Assembly: GCA_951406725.2 (NCBI GenBank)
Contig: OX597818.1
Location: 98,580,001-98,644,000, forward strand
DNA from: Octopus vulgaris
Lineage: Eukaryota
DNA: 64,000 nt
Direction: 5' to 3'
In this document: one piece after another, positions 58,553 through 64,000 of the stretch
Numbering within the stretch: the stretch's first letter is position 1
Layout of the letters: each line of letters opens with the position of its first letter
Position numbers and translations under genes: made by a program
Notes under the pieces: model-generated
Told to the model about the DNA's origin: nothing
The model's database searches: none
Seen by the model: only the letters and a program-made list of their open reading frames with translations

Positions 58553-58713
58553 ACAAAAACAACATCGAAGAATACCTTAGGAATGAGCAATCAGGTTCGA
58601 AATTTCCCCAAGACACCTGATGAAGGCTGGAGGGTATATCAACCGAAACGTTGTGTTGACAACAAACAAGATGAGGACAAATATCCGTCAAATGTAAATA
58701 ATGTAAATAATGT
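58441..58713 (+). mobile_element. Family A HHR-SINE copy lacking the tRNA head
   Basis: Microsatellite, body and aatgtaaat tail match 23470-23627. Confidence 0.8.
58612..58657 (+). ncRNA. Minimal hammerhead ribozyme (family A, most intact copy)
   Basis: gacac-CTGATGA-a-ggctg(gagggtatat)caacc-GAAA-cg-TT-gtgtt; helix III reduced to the palindrome AACGTT. Confidence 0.8.
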
Positions 58714-58849
58714 AGATAAAGGCTTATTTAATCAACATAGGTGGGGAAAAGCCTGGAAATCATCAATTTCAAAAGGTAAATCAGCATATTCAAAGTTTGA
58801 AAACTCATTCTCAATTTTTATCCATTTTATGTTCTTAATCTCTGAAATT

Positions 58850-59420
58850 CTCCACAATAGTATCCGGATCATCAATATCTCCTTCAGCAGGAAATAAGCC
58901 TCAGTACCATCAAGGGCATTACTAATGCCACAGCTTCTAAAAATGATTACACAACTATCTCTTCTTTTACACCTTTCCATGAACCCTGTTGCACACTAGT
59001 TTAATAGTAGAACTCTTCTTTCTTTCTATTGGTGTTGCTTCAAAATCTAAAGATTGCATCTGTTACTTGTGTACGAATCCTTTAAACGACTTATTGATTG
59101 GTTAGGTCTCCAGGAATTGCAACTAATTGGGTCTTCGATTCTCCAGTTTTCCTCCTAACAAGCTCAGATCTATGAGCCCAAAAACTGGTCCTTCACCAAT
59201 AAGGCAGGTCTTTTAACAGCCCACCAGAACGCCTAGACCACAGTTTGTCAAGCCACAGTTTCCTTCTTTCATTCGCCCAACATTTTGGATGGAAACGAAC
59301 ATAAACACTATTGGGTATTCTTTCGTTGGGTAATATTTTTCTTTTGTAAATTTAAAAAGGTAGCAGTTTTGCGCCATCAGAGCAGCATTCTAATACAAAC
59401 GTATAGTATTTTCTCAAAGC
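58850..59420 (-). mobile_element. pogo/Tigger-like DDE transposase relic; ~150 bp recurs at 61120-61270
   Basis: WLDKLWSRRSGGLLKRPALLVKDQF..., QLVAIPGDLT..INKSFK, FRSCGISNALDGTE. Confidence 0.75.
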
Positions 59421-59779
59421 CGCATGTTTTAACAATAACAGATTTAGCGTCTTTGGGTTCTACCGTCTTATAAGATGGCGGCTATCAGTGAATGAGTTAC
59501 ATGTTGCTGTCTTCTTCCAATCAGGACTCACGCCATTAGCCACAAAGAATAATCTCTAATTCGAGCCTACTAAGAATGCGTGTAGCATTCCACCCACCAC
59601 ACGCGATAGACTGGTGGTTGCACGGGCGCGAAAGCTACGTTGTTATCCTCATTCCGTAAACGGTGGGTTTTAACGGGTGGAGAGATGAACCATCCTGGGG
59701 TACAGAGGATTCTCAAACTAGACTAGGGTCTGAAAGTTTGCCACACCATAGTAGGTTACACCATGGTTCCTCTGCTTTG

Positions 59780-59978
59780 TGGAAGAAGTAGGAAGAAAGA
59801 GTGAGTGAAAGTTGTGGTGAAAGAGTACAGCGGGGTTCACCATTCCTCCCCAACGGAGCCTCGTGGAACTTCGGTGTTTTTGCTCAATAAACACTCACAA
59901 TGGGCAGTCTGAGAATCGAAACCGCGTTCTTACGACCGCGATTTCGCTGCCCTAACCACTGGGCTATTGTGCCTCCAC
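59780..59978 (-). mobile_element. SINE S3 head and core (tail probably extends to ~59480)
   Basis: Matches 15050-15235 and 45910-46098. Confidence 0.75.
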
Positions 59979-59979
59979 A

Positions 59980-61100
59980 CATGTTGCTGTTGCTACTGCC
60001 GTTACTTTGTTTTTACTGCTGCTGTTATTGCTATTGCAACTGCTGTTTAATTTGCATCTCATGCTTCTGTTTTAATTGTGGTTGTTTTGTTGTTCTTAAA
60101 TTAGTTGATTTCTTTAAGGTGTGGAATCAACAAGAATGTCGGTCGTTTTTATTTTTATATTTCCTTTGTTCTTGAGAAAAAGGTTGCTGGTGCCACCATA
60201 TTTATAACACTTAGTTCTTTTACCTTCTGCTATAACACGCTGCTGGTGTTCGTTTGACAGTTATACGAGATTCAAACTTTTGTATAAGGTTTATGGCTTA
60301 ACTTAATCAAGGACCTCAACCCAATTCCAGACCAGTTCTTCAGGCGGCACATTTCTTGGAGGAAACGCTTTTTCAAAACAGTGTTTGTTACCACCCACCA
60401 GTTTCATAATTCTGACAGCTTACACAAAACTTTTATCATCATCACCCAACTGCCAAGTTATGCCCGAATGAGAGTAAATTCTCGTTCCTGTACATGACAA
60501 TAGAATTTCTCTCTGTAACTGCTTCATTAAAGAAATTTAACTTTGGCAACTACCATATTGTCTGTCTGAGTTATGCAGTTGGTGTATCATACCATCTTCC
60601 TTTCAAGAACTTTTCCACTCGGAGATATGTTGCCATTTCAACTCGTCGGTTATTAATCAATACATAAAGATATACTATGGCTCTAGAGATAATTCTTTTC
60701 CAGAAGATTTGATGATACTGTATCCAAGGTCTCTCTGTTGTCTATGTCAGGAATTTCAGGCGTCTGTCTTAAAATGGCATATTTTCAACTGGTGCTGAAA
60801 TTTTTGGTGGATCCGAGTGGCAAATCTTTACCGAAATCCTCGATTGCGTCCATTATATTTCTCCTTCCCAATATATTGTGACTAACTTATAGGCAGTTGT
60901 GACTCATTTTATTTAAACTTGTACTTTCGCTCCGTCTTTTTTGTTTTCTGAATGTGACGCGTATGTTGTCATACACCGGTCCCCTCTCTTAGCCAGTAAA
61001 AAAAAGAAGTCAGCAGTAAATGTCTCCAACTCTGGAGCTTTGGAAAAGCATAGGTTTTTTACAGTTTTCCATGAACTATGTACCCTGTTGTACACCTGTA
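59980..61100 (-). mobile_element. Highly decayed L1/Tx1 ORF1-like remnant
   Basis: VIAEGKRTKCYKYGGTSN knuckle remnant followed by a Gln/Thr-rich stretch, as at ~14400-15400. Confidence 0.4.
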
Positions 61101-61430
61101 AAATAGTAGAACTCTTTTTTTTTTCTACTGGTGGTACTTCAAAATCTGAAATTTGCATCTGTTACTTGTGAACGAATCCTTTAAACGGCTTATTGATTGG
61201 TTAGGTCTCCGGGAATTGCAACTAATTGGGTCTTCAATTATCCAGTTTTCCTCCTAACAAGCTCAGATCTCTCCCTGTTCGTATGATTATGTAATAGAAT
61301 GTAACCTGCAATTGCCTGTCTCTTAAGCAAATTGTTGCCAAGCTGTAGTTCTTCCGGCAAAATGTTTCTTATCTAAGGTATTCTTATTCCACAGCAGACT
61401 TGCGAATAATACGGTTTAGCTTAGTGTCAG

Positions 61431-61552
61431 CTACACTTTCCTTTGATCAAGCATGAGTGGGTGTTGTTGGTGTTGATGTTGCTTTTCATTTTCTACAATT
61501 TCTGTGATTGTGCATTTATTAATGTCTACGTTTGACACCTTTTTTTTTTTTG
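61431..61552 (-). CDS. Candidate terminal coding exon (AKKKKVSNVD...DQRKV*)
   Basis: cattccctag acceptor, in frame after an 81-nt intron, TAG stop. Confidence 0.55.
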
Positions 61553-61633
61553 CTAGGGAATGATACACAAAAAACGGGAATATATTGTCCATTGTTAGGT
61601 TATACAGTATGGAATACATAAAAGAAAACTGAC

Positions 61634-61687
61634 CTTTTAATGTCACAAACTTTTCCAACGGTTCTTCATCAGGCTCATTTAAAGTCT
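61634..61687 (-). CDS. 54-nt phase 1-1 exon (ETLNEPDEEPLEKFVTLK)
   Basis: ttttacacag acceptor, GTCAGT donor. Confidence 0.65.
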
Positions 61688-61921
61688 CTGTGTAAAAACA
61701 AAAAGAAATGAACTTCAGTTATACTTGAAAACTGCCGAGAAACTTGAAGCACATTTAAAAATTTAAGGCTCGTTAGAACGAGTCAGCAGAAGAAAATACA
61801 ACCACTACCACTACTACTGCTGCTGCCGCTGATGGTGATGATGATTCTTTCTAATATGGGCACAAGGCCTGGAATTGGGTGGAGGGAGAAGTTGATTCAT
61901 AATAATAATAAGAAAACTGAC

Positions 61922-61975
61922 CTGATGATAATGCAAACTTGTGATACGCTTCTTCATAAGGCTCAGTAAATATCC
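61922..61975 (-). CDS. 54-nt phase 1-1 exon (xIFTEPYEEAYHKFALSS)
   Basis: ttttacacag acceptor, GTCAGT donor; paralogous to the next exon. Confidence 0.65.
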
Positions 61976-62809
61976 CTGTGTAAAATGAAAACCAAAATAA
62001 ATGGAAGTTTCTGTCAGCTACAATTGACAACAGTTGAGAACTAACAAGAAATGGTATAAACATCTGCCGAACAAAGTACAAGACGACTACTAGGCGACAA
62101 TCATCTAGGATATGCCTGTTCAAACTGACAAAGAAATAAGAAAAAGCTAATTCCCAAACATAGTAATAAAGGATTACCTGAAACTATCAAATGTCGAATA
62201 ATAATTACAATATAAGGCAGTGACTCTCGTGGCTTCTCATCTTAACTGATTGGAAGTGTTATCATGTACATTGTCTTGGTATAAAAAGATGGGCTACAGC
62301 AAATATTCTGCTCAGTACCACATATTTGCTCGTCATTTGCTTGACTTTAATCAGATGGGCATGTCACTTAGTGGCTGACGATATGTGCATCCCTGATCAC
62401 GAGCAGAAGTAGTGGGGAGCATCATAACCATGTGTAGAGAGGAATTCTTTGAAGTTTGTATAATTCACCTTTGGGAAAATGGGTGTTTTGTTCATCATCC
62501 TTAAACAATCTTTATACAGGGTCCTTTTGAGCGGGATGGGCTACTGGGCACGAAGAAAGTTCTAACTGGGCCCCACCTGCAAGGTCATGCGCTGTTTATC
62601 TTGATATGAGATCACCATGTCGCACACATTTGGTTGTGATGCATGTGCTTCATGTATCCTTATCAGACGGGTAGTCATGATGGGCATACTGCGCTTCGTA
62701 TATTTTGCCCCAGTGTCACTCTGATGGCATGAACTGCTCTCACTCAATAATAATAATAGCAGCGACGACGACGACGATGATGATGGTTATAAACGCCAAG
62801 GCTGCGGGA

Positions 62810-63160
62810 TGGGGTTTCTGTTAAAGTAATCCCAGTAGTTATAGGCGCTCTAGGCACCAAGAAAGTAATATTTACTCCGACAAATATTATATAAAAATGA
62901 TATTTAATATAATATTAATGGCCAAACCCGTAATTATTGGGTATCAGTGATTAAAACCTGCAAATAAAGTAAAAACTGTTCGATGAATAGAACAAAGCGA
63001 AAAATATGCAGACTCGCCGGTTTCATCATTGAGATTGATGTAACTATGTCAATTGCGTTTATACAGAAATCTGTTCTATTAAGAACAGTAAGGATTGTTC
63101 GAAAGATACTTGATATCAAAGGAAATTAGTTGTAACATGGTATCAAGGACGTTTATTCCA
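62810..63160 (+). mobile_element. R4/Dong 3' fragments
   Basis: VKVIPVVIGALG; IQKSVLLRTVRIVRKILDI. Confidence 0.55.
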
Positions 63161-63205
63161 AATGTTACGCATTTGTGAGCATCGTGATATTCATAATATC
63201 ACATA

Positions 63206-63326
63206 GGCGCAGGAGTGGCTGTGTGGTAAGTAGCTTGCATACCAATCACATGGTTCTGGGTTCAGTTCCACTGCGTGGTACCTTTGGCAAGTGTCTTTGG
63301 TAGACGGAAACTGAAAGAAGCCCGTC

Positions 63327-63357
<31 letters not shown>

Positions 63358-63613
63358 CGTGTGTGTGTGTATGTGTGTATGTATATGTTTGTGTGTCTGT
63401 GTTTGTCCCCCCAACATCGCTTGACAACCGATGTTGATGTGTTTACGTCCCCGTAACTTAGCAGTTCGACAAGAGAACCGAGAGACCGATATAATAAGTA
63501 CTAGGCTTACAAAGAATAAGTCCTGGAGTCGATTTGCTCGACTAAAGGCGGTGCTCCAGCATGGCCGCAGTCAAATGACTGATACAAATCAAAGACTAAA
63601 AGAATAAAAGAAT
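63206..63613 (+). mobile_element. SINE S1 near-complete copy
   Basis: Head ggcgcaggagtggctgtgtggtaag, tail ggcggtgctccagcatggccgcag. Confidence 0.88.
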
Positions 63614-63974
63614 AGTGTCTACATAGTATTTCTATAAATTGCCCGTACAATTATTAATTAAAAAAATCTATGTTGTAAAATACAAAGACTGAAAACGTAA
63701 AACATTACTTACAGAGGAATTGGTACAGAAACGTTCCTAAGAGGAATTTCCAATTATTTCTTAACATATCCTGAATATAAACGAGCAAAAGAAGATTCAA
63801 ATGTTTATGTCATGTATTACAGGGAAAAATATGCATCATATTTAAAACAATCTTAGATCAATTCAGTGTCACTAGTTCACATCCAGTTTTCCAGCTGTTA
63901 TTTCAAAGTTAATTGTTTGCGGATATGCAGACAGTATGGTTTCAATTTTTTATTGAAGTCAAGCAGCAGAAACT

Positions 63975-64000
63975 ACGAGGGGTGCTGAAAAGCCTCTGGC
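63975..64000 (+). mobile_element. Probable start of a mariner-type TIR at the window edge
   Basis: TA-cgagggggtgctgaaaag; related gtgctgaaaagtt motif near 43772. Confidence 0.5.

Noticed and set aside
61640-61680. CTGATGA on the minus strand
   Set aside because: Lies in a coding-like exon (EPDEE) with no stem II/III partner
62480-62530. GAAAC..GTTTC-like hairpin in the unclassified repeat (minus strand)
   Set aside because: No CUGANGA/CCGANGA core at the right position

Overview
Repeat-dominated, AT-rich eukaryotic (animal) DNA with a 100-N assembly gap at 24706-24805. The mix of SINEs, microsatellites and LINEs suggests an octopus/cephalopod genome (inference, not verified). Most long ORF-track entries are microsatellite artefacts. 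Recognisable content: several tRNA-headed SINE families; decayed LINEs (L1/Tx1, CR1, RTE, R4/Dong); Tc1/mariner, maT and pogo relics, including one full-length TIR-bounded mariner; a non-autonomous Helitron; and minus-strand host exons (three phase-1 Ig-like exons plus duplicated 54-nt exons and a terminal exon). The most notable signal is a dense set of about 15 hammerhead-ribozyme (HHR) motifs of minimal type I architecture with palindromic stem III, falling into several unrelated families. Most sit in (TA)n tracts, and several have inverted partial duplications like those of Penelope-like elements. One family is a tRNA-headed SINE that carries the ribozyme in its 3' half.
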